A stretch of 64,000 bases of DNA from Octopus vulgaris (GCA_951406725.2 OX597815.1:193564001-193628000), one strand, 5' to 3'. Shown: positions 13,710-55,392, numbered from the stretch's first letter. Numbers and translations are program-made. Notes: generated by a model not told the origin, from the letters alone.

Positions 13710-15853
13710 AGAAACTTGAAGAGGCTTGGAGAAGCCATTAAGAAAGACTGCTGAATGAGGAGAATGAATTGCAGGAGGAGAGCCTGCCAAATGTTGACCC
13801 AGTAGAGGGACCAGCTACCCGAATAGACAGCTCCCTTGTAGATAAGGCAATTAAGGATATGAAACCAGGCAAAGCCCCTGGCCTATCAGGAATCACTGCT
13901 GAGATCCTTAAAACAGCTGGCTATGTGGGCTATGCCATAGTCACCCGCATTGTAAACCAGGTAGTTCACAATGGAGTCATACCCAATGACTGGTGCAGCA
14001 GCACCATAGTCAACTGCTACAAGGGTAAGGGTGATGCTCTAGATAGAAATAACTACAGAGGTATCAAACTGTTGGACCAGGTGATGAAGTTCTCAGAGAA
14101 GGTCATAACCAATCTCATTAGGAATAGAATTTGTTTAGATGAAATGCAGTTCGGTTTTGTACCAGGTAGAAGCACCACTGATGCTATATTCCTGGTCCGA
14201 CAACTGCAGGAGAAGTACCTAGCTAAAGATAAACCCCTCTATATAGCTTTTGTAGACTTGGAGAAAGCCTTTGACAGGGTTCCCCGTTCCCTTATCTGGT
14301 GGTCGATGCGGAAACTGGAGATTGAAGAATGGCTAATAAGGGCTGTACAGGCTCTATACAGAGAGGCTGTCAGCAAGGTTAGGATTGGCAACGAATATAG
14401 TGAAGAATTCCGGGTAGAAGTAGGTGTGCACCAGGGCTCAGCCCTCAGTCCCCTTTATTCATCATAGTCCTTCAGGCAATAACAGAGGAATTCAAAACGG
14501 GATGCGCCTGGGAGCTCCTCTATGCCGATGACCTAGCTCTCATAGCAGAATCACTACCGGAACTAGAAGAGAAATTTCGGGTGTGGAAGCAAGGGTTGGA
14601 ATCAAAGGGCCTTAGAATAAATGTAGCAAAGACCAAAGTATTAGTAAGCAGCAAGAGGTACTCAGCACACATCACCCTCGGGTAGGTGGCCCTGCTCAAC
14701 CTGTAGGAAAGGTACAGGTAGAAACTCCATAAGATGCACCCAATGTAAGTTATGGACACATAAGAGGTGCAGCAACATTAAAGGGAAATTAACAGATAAG
14801 ATAGCTTTCATGTGCGGCAGATGCACAGGGACAATAGACACAACAGACACTCAGAAAACAGATTCCATCACACTCCAGGGAGAGAAACTAGAAGTAGTTG
14901 ATAGTTTCCGCTACCTGGGTGACCAAGTTAGTAGCGGAGGTGGATGCACAGAGAGTATCACCACTAGAATACGAATAGCCTGGGCAAAGTTCAGAAAGCT
15001 CCTACCCCTACTGGCAACAAAAGGTCTCTCCCTCAGAGCGAAAGGTAGATTGTATGATGCATGTGTGCAAACTGCCATGCTTCACGGTAATGAAACATGG
15101 GCTGTGACTGCAGAAGACATGCGTAGACTTGAAAGAAATGAAGCTAGCATGATCCGCTGGATGTGTAGTGTCAGTGTGCACGCAAAACAGAGTGTAAGTA
15201 TCCTGAGAGAAATGCTGGATATAAGAAGCATCAGATGTGGTGTGCAAGAGCGACGCTTGCGATGGTATGGTCATGTGCTGCGGATGGATGAAGAGAGATG
15301 TGTGAAGAAGTGCCACTCCCAAACAGTTGAAGGTATCAGGGGGAGAGGTAGACCCAGGAAGACATGGGATGAGGTGGTCAAGCATGACCTCAGAGCATTG
15401 GGCCTCACTGAGGCAATGGCGAAGGACCGAGATCTCTGGAGATATGCTGTGACTACAAAGACCCGGGCTGCTTTCTGCAGCAATTCCACATACCCCCTAC
15501 CCATTCTAAGTACCCCGGATCCCCAAAGTACCCCGGATCCCCAAAGTACCCTGGATCCCCAAAATACCCCGATCCCCAAAGTACCCCGGACCTCCGTTGC
15601 CCCCGTGCCGCTGACACGTTAAAATGCTCGAACCGATCGTGACGATGCCGGACCCTCCGGCCCCTGTGCAGGTGGCACGTAAAAGCACCCAATCCACTCA
15701 CGGAGTGGTTGGCGTTAGGAAGGGCATCCAGCCGTAGAAACTCTGCCAGATTCAGACTGGAGCCTGGAGCGGCCCCTGGCTTCCCAGACCCGGTCAAACC
15801 GTCCAACCCGTGCTAGCGCGGAAAGCGGACGTTAAACGATGATGATGATGATG
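13710..15853 (+). mobile_element. RTE-clade LINE, 5'-truncated and frameshifted
   Basis: RT pieces GKAPG, YRGIKLL, QFGFVPGRST, FVDLEKAFDRV, GVHQGS, LLYADDL, FRYLG, RRLRWYGHV, RGRGRPRKTW; (GAT)n tail joins (TA)n. Confidence 0.92.
15507..15591 (+). repeat. About 18-bp minisatellite (AAGTACCCCGGATCCCCA), 4-5 copies, at the RTE 3' end
   Basis: Direct inspection. Confidence 0.9.
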
Positions 15854-19763
<3,910 letters not shown>

Positions 19764-19769
19764 ATATAA

Positions 19770-20850
<1,081 letters not shown>

Positions 20851-20881
20851 TATATATATATATACTTATATATATATATAT

Positions 20882-20995
20882 AAACTTAGATATGTGTTTC
20901 GACCAAAGATTGGTCCAGGCCATGTCTAACTTAATAGCACCACCTGATAGGATTATCTAAATCCTGTTTAAGTCTAGCTTTGTTTATGGTCCATT

Positions 20996-20998
<3 letters not shown>
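20882..20998 (-). mobile_element. 3' terminal fragment (about 117 bp) of a B-related LINE family (B')
   Basis: Shares CAGGTGGTGCTATTAAGTTAGACATGGCCTGG with B but differs in hairpin 2, tail and upstream sequence; TA on both sides. Confidence 0.8.
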
Positions 20999-21041
<43 letters not shown>

Positions 21042-21087
21042 TTATTTCTAAATCTCTCAAAGAGAGACATTCAGTAACAGTTATTTA

Positions 21088-21415
21088 AAAGTAAAGGCTA
21101 TTTGCCAACATAATGTGGCTGTCCCGAAATGGATGATGTTATTGTTTGTTTTATCCCCAAGAAACATCGTTGCTAGCTGGCTATACGGCACACTGTCTGT
21201 GTCCTTATATTTTCGAACTGTGTTGATAAAGAGCAACAACCCCAAAACTAGTCGACAGATTTTGTTTTGCGCTTGATGGGAATGCTGAGCTCCCTGTTCG
21301 AAAATATAAGGACACAGATAGTGTGTCGTATAGCCAGCTGATGTTTCCTGTCGTTAAAACAACAGTAATATCGTCCCTTTCGGGACAGCTACATAATGTT
21401 GGGAAATAGCTTTTT

Positions 21416-21420
<5 letters not shown>
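21088..21420. repeat. Foldback element: imperfect inverted arms of about 130 bp (21088-21218 / 21296-21420)
   Basis: For example TGTGTCCTTATATTTTCGAAC versus GTTCGAAAATATAAGGACACA. Confidence 0.9.
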
Positions 21421-21473
<53 letters not shown>

Positions 21474-21874
21474 AAATATCGAGGTTTAGTTCAAAGCTGA
21501 TCTAAACGACTAGATACGCTGGGTAAGTGCTGTAACCCCCTCGTCCGGACACATAAATATGTGTTTCTACTACAATGAAACCTCTCCCCAGCGAAATAAC
21601 CAGCTCACGAACAAAATTTAAAGTAAGACTTACTAACTTTGCCTCTATTACCATCACATATGTATCAATTATTTTCGCTTTCTGACTGATGTATCAATCT
21701 ATTTTTTGCATTCTGAAGAGATTTACATCCATCTTCTTCTCCTATATAACCTAAACTACGGTCTACCACCTGAACTACCTGTACCGTACAAATTTACAAA
21801 AGACTGTACCTACCCAGGTAATAACCAGGAGCGACTTTGGATTTAATTATCCCTTAGAGGTATTAAGCTCCTGA

Positions 21875-22107
21875 GTTGGTGGTGAGTTGGCAGATTCGTT
21901 AGCACGCCGGGTGAAATGCTTAGCGGTATTTCGTCTGCTGCTACGTTCTGAGTTCAAATTCCGCCGAGGTCGACTTTGCCTTTCATCCTTTCGGGGTCGA
22001 TTAAATAAGTACCAGTTACGCACTGGGGTCGATATAATCGACTTAATCCGTTTGTCTGTCCTTGTTTGTCCTCTCTGTGTTTAGCCCTTTGTGGGTTGTA
22101 AAGAAAT
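21875..22107 (+). mobile_element. SINE group 2 with 17-bp target-site duplication
   Basis: A-box-like TGGCAGATTCG, B-box GAGTTCAAATT; TSD AGGTATTAAGCTCCTGA at 21858-21874 and 22108-22124. Confidence 0.92.
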
Positions 22108-22313
22108 AGGTATTAAGCTCCTGACCTCGTGTGTACCGTTGGCGATTTTTTTTCCTCTGTCTTCCCTTCTCTGGATCTTTCCTTCTCCTATGTTTCCGAC
22201 GAAACGTTAAAACCTCCTTCTTCCCTTCCTTCCTTCCTGAGCATCCAGTAATACTATATTTGTTCCACGTCCTCGCGTTGTTGCGTTTTTTTGTGCTTTC
22301 TTGTTTGGATTAA

Positions 22314-22442
<129 letters not shown>

Positions 22443-22749
22443 GGAAAAAAACGCAATAGAGCATTAAAACGTTCGAACTGATAGACGACACAAAGGTGGA
22501 CAATAGAAACAATTAGAAGGACAGGCAAAAAAAGACAGGTCATTCTTGGCTTTCTTTCTTCAGTCAAGTAACAGAAGTCACGACCATTTCGGACAGTTAC
22601 ACTTGAGATGGTTTGATTTGGTCGTCCCCAAAAAAGGGGACACCACATAATGCATTCCTCATACAGTCAATAAAAATGACTGAATCATAGGCCTGGATAA
22701 GAACAGATTTTGAGCTTAGCTCAATTATAGGCTTAAAAAAACTCAATAT

Positions 22750-22882
22750 CTATTTCTTTACTACCCACAAGGATGAAAGGCAAAGTCGACCTCGGTGGAA
22801 TTTGAACTCGGAACGTAACGGCAGACGAAAAACCGCTAAGCATTTCGCCCGGCCTGCTAACGTTTCTGCCAGCTCGCCGTCG
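22750..22882 (-). mobile_element. SINE group 2, internally deleted
   Basis: Head and tail joined at a shared AAGG. Confidence 0.85.
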
Positions 22883-23214
22883 GTTTCTATTAATCTAGTG
22901 TACTTATACAAGCTCTAACACCTAAGTTGCAATTGACTAAGACACAGCATGGCATTTAGCGGCTTTGATAAAATATCTATTTTTATAAAAGCAATCCTTA
23001 TGAAACTGACAAATGCCAGTTGCTGCCACCACCACCACCACTCCCACCTCACGAAAATGTGAGTAGATTTTGTTGCTCCCCCAGCCATTCCATCCTATGC
23101 GTCTTTATTAATAACAAAACAAAATAGATTTTTTCACCTATATAATCTTTTCTTCACTATGATGTTTCGACAGGTTTAAAAATTTGGAAAACTGTTTTTG
23201 TTTTTTGGTACTAA

Positions 23215-23596
23215 CTTCTTACTTGTGGCGACATTCACCCTGGGCGGGTTGAGTCGGCTTCTTCTACTCATGGAAGAAGTTTCGTGGGAATATGTGGATT
23301 TCACAAGCGGTCGCCAACAATCCCGCATGTGGAGACATCCTGTTTGCCGCAGATTGTCCGCAGATGCAGGGACAGAACGACCGAGGAGCTTCGGGTTGCC
23401 GAAGCAGACACTCCGAGGATTTTCACCAGAGCCCCGACTGCTGGGTTGTGGCCCTAATACCACTCAGTGTCAGACCAATCCGCCTTGGGGGGCCCTACCA
23501 GGAACCGAAGTTCCCGACGGCATAGCTCTGACACTACCCGTTGCCAGCGTCCCCACCACGGTGAGGAAGGGATGGACTGTGGGGACGCTGGCAACG
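23215..23596 (-). mobile_element. GC-rich 5' UTR fragment of an RTE-like LINE with terminal 18-bp hairpin
   Basis: Minus strand ...GAGCTATGCCG...GGTAGGGCCCCCCAAGGCGG resembles the RTE/BovB-type 5' UTR motif as I recall it; perfect inverted repeat 23539-23556 / 23579-23596. Confidence 0.6.
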
Positions 23597-23892
23597 TTTT
23601 TGCTTTTTGGGGGGTGTTTTTGTCTTTTTATTAAACATGGCAATTTAAAACCCCCCTTGTCAATCATTACAGCCTCTCTATAAGTTACATTGGTTTTTAG
23701 CACGATGGTTGATTTGCATTGTAATGAGTCTTGGGGTAAGGTTAACTATGTTCTTGCTCTCAAGTTGGCAGGAACACTGTGGGATAAACCCCTAAGAATC
23801 ACCCTGACAAATCTCGTTCTTTGATTTGAAAAATTAGGGTAAAATTCCAAGTTTACAGTTTATACCGTGAACTGATATGTGTTGTATATATA

Positions 23893-24121
23893 TGTTTCTT
23901 TATTACACACAAGGGGCTAAACATAGGGGGCAAACAAGGACAGACAAACGAATTAAGTCGATTACATCGACCCCAGTGCGTAGTTGGTACTTAATTTAGC
24001 GACCTCGAAAGGATGAAATGCAAAGTCGACCTCGGCGGAATTTGAACTCAGGACGTAACGGCAGACGAAATACTGCTACGCATTTCGCCCGGCGTGCTAA
24101 CGGTTCTGCCAGCTCGCCGCC
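23893..24121 (-). mobile_element. SINE group 2
   Basis: Full head GGCGGCGAGCTGGCAGAACCGTTAGC through tail AATAAAGAAAC. Confidence 0.92.
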
Positions 24122-24135
24122 TTCTGTGTTGTGTG

Positions 24136-29333
<5,198 letters not shown>

Positions 29334-29334
29334 T

Positions 29335-36250
<6,916 letters not shown>

Positions 36251-36297
36251 GTAGGTATAAATATGTCCCATATATATGTATATATATATATATACAT

Positions 36298-37957
<1,660 letters not shown>

Positions 37958-37963
37958 ATATAT

Positions 37964-38288
<325 letters not shown>

Positions 38289-38300
38289 ATATATATATAT

Positions 38301-47497
<9,197 letters not shown>

Positions 47498-47519
47498 TAT
47501 CATTTATCATATATCATTA

Positions 47520-49950
<2,431 letters not shown>

Positions 49951-50000
49951 CAAATATATATATATATATATACATATACACACATACACACAACACAGAA

Positions 50001-50414
50001 GGCGGCGAGTTGGCAGAACCGTTAGCACGCCGGGCGAAATGCTTAGCAGTATTTCGTCTGCCGCTACGTTCTGAGTTCAAATTCCGCCGAGGTCGACTTT
50101 GCTTTTCATCCTTTCGGGATCGATTAAATAAGTACCAGTTACGCACTGGAGTCGATGTAATCGACTTAATACCTATGTCTGGCCTTGTTTGTCCCCTCTG
50201 TGTTTAGCCCCTTGTGGGTAATAAAGAAATAAGTATTTCGTCTGCCGTTACGTCCTGAGTCCAAATTCCGCCGAGGTCGACTTGGCCTTTCATCCTTTCG
50301 AGTTCGCTAAATTAAGTACCAGCTACGCACTGGGGTCGATGTAATCGACTTAATTCGTTTGTCTGTTCTTGTTTGCCCCCTCTATGTTTAGCCCCATGTG
50401 GGTAATAAAGAAAC
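50001..50414 (+). mobile_element. SINE group 2, head + tandem second unit
   Basis: Second unit starts at GTATTTCGTCTGCC (about 50233), directly after the first tail. Confidence 0.92.
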
Positions 50415-50478
50415 ATATATATACAACACATATCAGTTCACGGTATAAACTGTAAACTTGGAATTTTACATATATATG

Positions 50479-50542
<64 letters not shown>

Positions 50543-50812
50543 AATATGCTAACTGTTGTTGAGTTTTATTAGCATGTTTTGAATATAAGCTTTCATTGTA
50601 TCTTCTAGGTGAGCACTATTACCCCAGCTGATGAAACAGAAAGCGAGGGTAGGAGAATTATGAGATGTCTGATCTCGATTACTTGTACAGTTGCATCGAT
50701 TATTATAACGGTAATTATCCTGACTCGTTGATAGTAACAAAACATTATAATATTTACAAAATTTATATAAAATGGAGTGTTTTTCTTTTTTCATATAAAA
50801 TATACCTAGCAA

Positions 50813-51274
50813 GGATCTTTTCGGTTTGACCGGCAGTTTTTTAAAATAGTTTCCACGTAACTAAACACTTTTAAACTTCGTATACTGGTAGAATGTGTTT
50901 ATAAAACATCTTTTTCTCTTGGCTTTATTGAGAAAATTCTATAGTTTGTAAGATATTTGTTGATGCTTTTTCTTCAATTTCTGCAATTTCAACCAATCAA
51001 TGACGTCTATTGAGGTGAAAACATTCTGTGCCGAATGAATATGTCCCTCGTTTAAGAAACAGATTGGGTTTATTTACATTTCTGAAGAAAAAAAGATACC
51101 CTTCCTCCCACCCCTAACCCTAACTAATCCTAACTAACCCTAACTAACCCTAACTCTAACTCTAACCCTAAAACAGATTGAAATGCAATAGATCGATACT
51201 AGGGTCATAATTATGGGGGACAATTTCATATGAAACCGCTAGAAAAAAAACTGCCGGTCAAACCGAAAAGATCC
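50813..51274. mobile_element. MITE with 30-bp perfect TIRs and 8-bp TSD (Merlin-like), internal CCCTAA-like repeats
   Basis: TIR GGATCTTTTCGGTTTGACCGGCAGTTTTTT; flanks CCTAGCAA / CCTTGCAA; (CCCTAA/CTAA)n at 51111-51171. Confidence 0.88.
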
Positions 51275-51656
51275 CCTTGCAAAATATGTTTAAATGTATC
51301 GAAAACTTCAATCAAGATACTATAAATTTCATAATAAACGATATCTTAACCAACGATATATTCTGATCGGTGAACTCTACAGCCCCAGGCTGAAGGCACG
51401 AAACAATAAAATAATAAGACTATGAGATTACAGAGTTATTGCTGAACCACTTGTATAATTCCTTCTGTCCAATGCCCAAGAAAACATTAGGTGATGTTGC
51501 TGTATTTTGCTTTTATTTGAATCTCTTTATATCAGGAACTATCAATTATTTAAAACCATTATTTAAAACCATAAATGTTAAATAAAGCAAATTTTAAAAC
51601 TCTTTTCTTGTTTTTTCAAAATGTTGCCTTAAAGCCAGTTATTTATACCAGTGCTA

Positions 51657-52033
51657 TACTTGTTTCAGTCATTTGACCGTGGCCATACTGGAGCACCGCC
51701 TTGACTCGAGGAAATCGACCCCCAGGACTTATTCTTTGTAAGCCTAGTACTTATTCTATCGGTCTCTTTTGCTGAAACGCTAAATTACGGGGACGTAAAC
51801 ACACCAGCATCGGTTGTTAAGCGATGTTGGGGACACACATACACACACATATATATATATATACATATATACGACGGACTTCTTTCAGTTTCCGTCTACC
51901 AAATCCACTCACAAGGCTTTGGTCAGCCCGAGGCTATAGTAGAAGACACTTGCCCAAGATGCCACGCATTGGGACTGAACCCGGAACCATGTGGTTGGTA
52001 AGCAAGCTACTTACCACAGAGCCACCCTTACGC
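51657..52033 (-). mobile_element. tRNA-derived SINE, group 1 (LINE-A-like 3' end)
   Basis: A box TGGCTCTGTGG, B box GGTTCAGTCCC, internal (TA/TG)n; 3' end GGCGGTGCTCCAGTATGGCCACGGTCAAATGACTGAAACAAGTA. Confidence 0.92.
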
Positions 52034-52086
52034 CTATAATGTACAAATGCATCCATGAATATCGCTAGATATGTCAACATAACATA

Positions 52087-52581
52087 ATTTATCAATTCCG
52101 AAAGGATGAAAGGCAAAGTCGACCTCGGCGGAATTTGAACTCAGAACGTAACGGCAGACGAAATACCTATTTCTTTATTACCCACAAGGGGCTAAACACA
52201 GAGGGGACAAACAAGGACAGACATAGGTATTAAGTCGATTACATCGACTCCAGTGCGTAACTGGTACTTAATTTATCGACTCCGAAAGGATGAAAGGCAA
52301 AGTCGACCTCGGCGGAATTTGAACTCAGAACGTACCGGCAGACGAAATACCTATTTCTTTATTACCCACAAGGGGCTAAACACAGTGGGGACAAACAAGG
52401 ACAGACATAGGTATTAAGTAGATTACCTCGACCCCAGTGCGTAACTGGTACTTAATTTATCGACCCCGAAAGGATGAAAGGTAAAGTCGACCGCGGCGGA
52501 ATTTGAACTCACAACGTAACGGCAGACGAAATACCACAAAGCATTTCGCTCGGCGTGCTAACGTTTCTGCCAGCTCGCCGC
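52087..52581 (-). mobile_element. SINE group 2, tandem array (one head, about 2.5 units of about 185 bp)
   Basis: GAAAGGATGAAAGG(C/T)AAAGTCGACC recurs at about 52100, 52284 and 52468. Confidence 0.92.
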
Positions 52582-52642
52582 CTTCACTGCTAAATACCTA
52601 AACTCTCACTGTTAATCAGTAAATAAGGATCTATAACACACA

Positions 52643-52680
<38 letters not shown>

Positions 52681-53016
52681 GTACTCACCCAAAAATCCGA
52701 AACACAGACATATACACACCCACGACAATATACAAAACACATTTCCGAAGGTCCCACTCACACAGACAAAACAACACACACACACAGCTGGCCACAACCT
52801 GAATAGAAGTTTCCTATTCAAATCAAAAGACTTCTTTTCAATAGAATTCCGGGCAGTTGAATTTTTGAGCCCTACCTCAAACCTATGTAGACAAAACACA
52901 TCTTATAAGAAAGTGACTCTAAAGCGAAATTTCACCAAGAACATGGATACAAACTGTTCATACATAGTTGTTTCCCTTTTTGACTTTCAAAAAATTTCTT
53001 CTCCATGTTTGATAAT

Positions 53017-53403
53017 GGATGGAAGCACTCCGTCGGTTACGACGACGAGGGTTCCGTTTGATCCGAATCAACGGAACAGCCTGCTCGTGAAATTAACGTG
53101 TAAGTGGCTGAGCACTCCACAGACACGTGTACTCTTAACGTAGTTCTCGGGGATATTCAGCGTGACACAGAGAGTGACAAGGCCGGCCCTTTGAAATACA
53201 GGTACAACAGAAACAGGAAGTAAGAGTGAGAGAAAGTTGTGGTGAAAGAGTACAGCAGGGATCACCACCATCCCCTGCCGGAGCCTCGTGGAGCTTTAGG
53301 TGTTTTCGCTCAATAAACACTCACAACGCCCGGTCTGGGAATCGAAACCGCGATCCTACGACCGCGAGTCCGCTGCCCTAACCACTGGGCCATTGCGCCT
53401 CCA
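53017..53403 (-). mobile_element. tRNA-derived SINE, group 3a, with 13-bp TSD
   Basis: Head GGAGGCGCAATGGCCCAGTGGTTAGGGC...GGTTTCGATTCCC; TSD CATGTTTGATAAT at 53004-53016 and 53404-53416. Confidence 0.92.
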
Positions 53404-53451
53404 CATGTTTGATAATATGGCTACGTCGAAACCGGTTATATTTTAAATGAA

Positions 53452-53868
53452 TTACTCTTTTACTCATTTACGTGTTTCAGTCATTTGACTGAGGCCATGC
53501 TGGAGCACCGTCTTTAGTCGAGCAAATCTACCCCCTAGGACTTATTCTTTGTAAGCCTAGTACTTATTCCATCGGTTCATTTGCCGAACAGCTAAGTTAC
53601 GGGGACGTAAACACACCAGCATCGGTTGTCAAGTGATGTTGTGGGGACAAACACAGACACCGAAACATATACATACACACATACAAATATGCATGCATAT
53701 ATACGGCGGGCTTCTTTTCAGTTTCCATCTACCAAATCTACTCACAAGGCTTTGGTCGGCCCGAGGCTATCGTAGAAGACACTTGCTCAAGGTGCCACGC
53801 ACTGGGACTGAACCCGGAACCATGCGGTTGGTAAGCAAGCTACTTACCACACAGCCACTCCTATGCCA
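53452..53868 (-). mobile_element. tRNA-derived SINE, group 1, with TAAAAGAG-type tail
   Basis: 3' end CGGTGCTCCAGCATGGCCTCAGTCAAATGACTGAAACACGTAAATGAGTAAAAGAGTA. Confidence 0.92.
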
Positions 53869-54329
53869 TAGGTGAAAAATGGTTGATAACCACTGGACTA
53901 CAGTAACAAAAGGAGAATGAAAGATAGGATTGAGGAAAAAAAAATGAAGGAAAACATATTGAGAGTTGCCTCCCTTGTACCGTCGAATTCATGAGCAGCC
54001 ATAAGTTCAAGTTATTCTTTTCACCTTCATTATTTTACTTTTGTTTTTGTGTTTTTTTTTGTTTGCTTGTTTTTTGTTTTGCATTTTGAAAATTTTAAAG
54101 TAAGTGTTTTTCTAGGAGGAATTCCAAAGAGTGAAACAGAAATTCTTGAAAAATAGGGGAGATTAAATTATTTTAAATCGTTTTTGTATCTGGGTTGCCA
54201 GATTGTTGATAGGAATCCGCGTGTTGAAAGAAATTCTGTTGCATCTAGAGAGAGTTAGATACAATATTATTAACCAAATCATACATACATACATACATAC
54301 ATACAAACATACATACATACATACATACT

Positions 54330-54535
54330 TATCTCCTTCAAAATCAAAAAGGATATACCCGGATTACAAATTCATATTTATACCAGTAATGACTGGGGCA
54401 GTTGGTCTTGTAAGTAAATGCCTAACCGTCAATCTGGATGAGCTTGGATTTTTAGAAAAAGAAATAAGCCAACTGATTCGCACAAATACAATCTGTAAAC
54501 TAAACAGCAAAACCATGCAAGACTTTTCGCAGGTT
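54330..54535 (+). pseudogene. C-terminal remnant of an RLE-type (R4/Dong-like) non-LTR retrotransposon
   Basis: IYPDYKFIFIPVMTGAVGLVSKCLTVNLDELGF resembles the P.i.Ga.G strand that ends RLE domains; recognised by eye only. Confidence 0.55.
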
Positions 54536-54601
54536 TTGCGGGTCAGGCTTCTTCGGGGCCTATAAGGGTTGTTTTTTTCCCTCTGGTTCAGGGGAGATAA
54601 C

Positions 54602-54790
54602 TCGTCGTTGTCGTCGTCGTCGTCATCATCGTCATCATCATCATCGTCATCATCATCGTCATCATCATCATCATCATTATCATCATTATTATCATCATCG
54701 TTATTATCGTCATCATCATCATCATCATTATCATCATCATCATCATCATCATCATTATCATCATCATCATCATTATCATCATCATTATCA

Positions 54791-54856
<66 letters not shown>
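54602..54856. repeat. (TCG)n/(TCA)n/(TTA)n microsatellite
   Basis: Direct inspection. Confidence 0.96.
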
Positions 54857-54857
<1 letters not shown>

Positions 54858-54931
54858 TTTGTTAAGACGTATTTCCCGATTTCTGAGCGTTTCAGCACGT
54901 CTGCAACGTAGGAATTTAAAATCTTTGTCGT

Positions 54932-54998
54932 TATATAGTCTGACGAGCTATACACAAGGCTTTGGCTTTGTGGATGCGAAGCCTTGGGTAACTCTATA
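54932..54998 (+). ncRNA. Hammerhead-like motif with GAAA>GAAG change
   Basis: TATATAGT-CTGACGA-GC...GC-GAAG-CC-TTG-G-GTA-ACTCTATA. Confidence 0.55.
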
Positions 54999-55139
54999 TC
55001 CAAGATATAAAATGTTGTTGAAACAATTACTCCTCTATTCTTTAGAGTGTGCATATTTCTGATATATGTAGTTCTTTTTTTTTATTAACTATGTATATAT
55101 ACACTTTTATTAACTATATATATATATATTTCCGACCAT

Positions 55140-55392
55140 ATCAGATGTTGTTACACATCGCTGGTACAATGCGCTTCGCATTGTTTTAGCCTTGAAATGA
55201 AGCCACCCCGCTAAGCGAGCAAGCCAACAGAAGGAAGAGTGAGAGAAGGTTGCGGCGAAAGAGTACAGCTGGGATCACCCCCCCCCCTGCCGGAGCCTCG
55301 TGGAGCTTTTGGGTGTTTTCGCTCAATAAACACACACAACGCCCGGTCTGGGAATCGAAACCGCTGCCCTAACCACTAGGCCATTGCGCATC

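Noticed and set aside
15507-15591. CRISPR-like short repeats
   Set aside because: Contiguous tandem units without spacers, inside a eukaryotic LINE.
22575-22670. Further hammerhead candidates (minus CTGTATGA...CGAAATGGTC; also TTGATAAT...CGAAACCGGTTA near 53409-53438)
   Set aside because: Cores are non-canonical and stem I is not convincing; at most decayed remnants.
51111-51171. True telomere or chromosome fusion site
   Set aside because: Short, degenerate and enclosed within MITE TIRs.
53325-53403. tRNA gene (also 51960-52033 and 53795-53868)
   Set aside because: A/B boxes are heads of repeated SINEs with bodies, tails and in one case a TSD; no convincing full cloverleaf.
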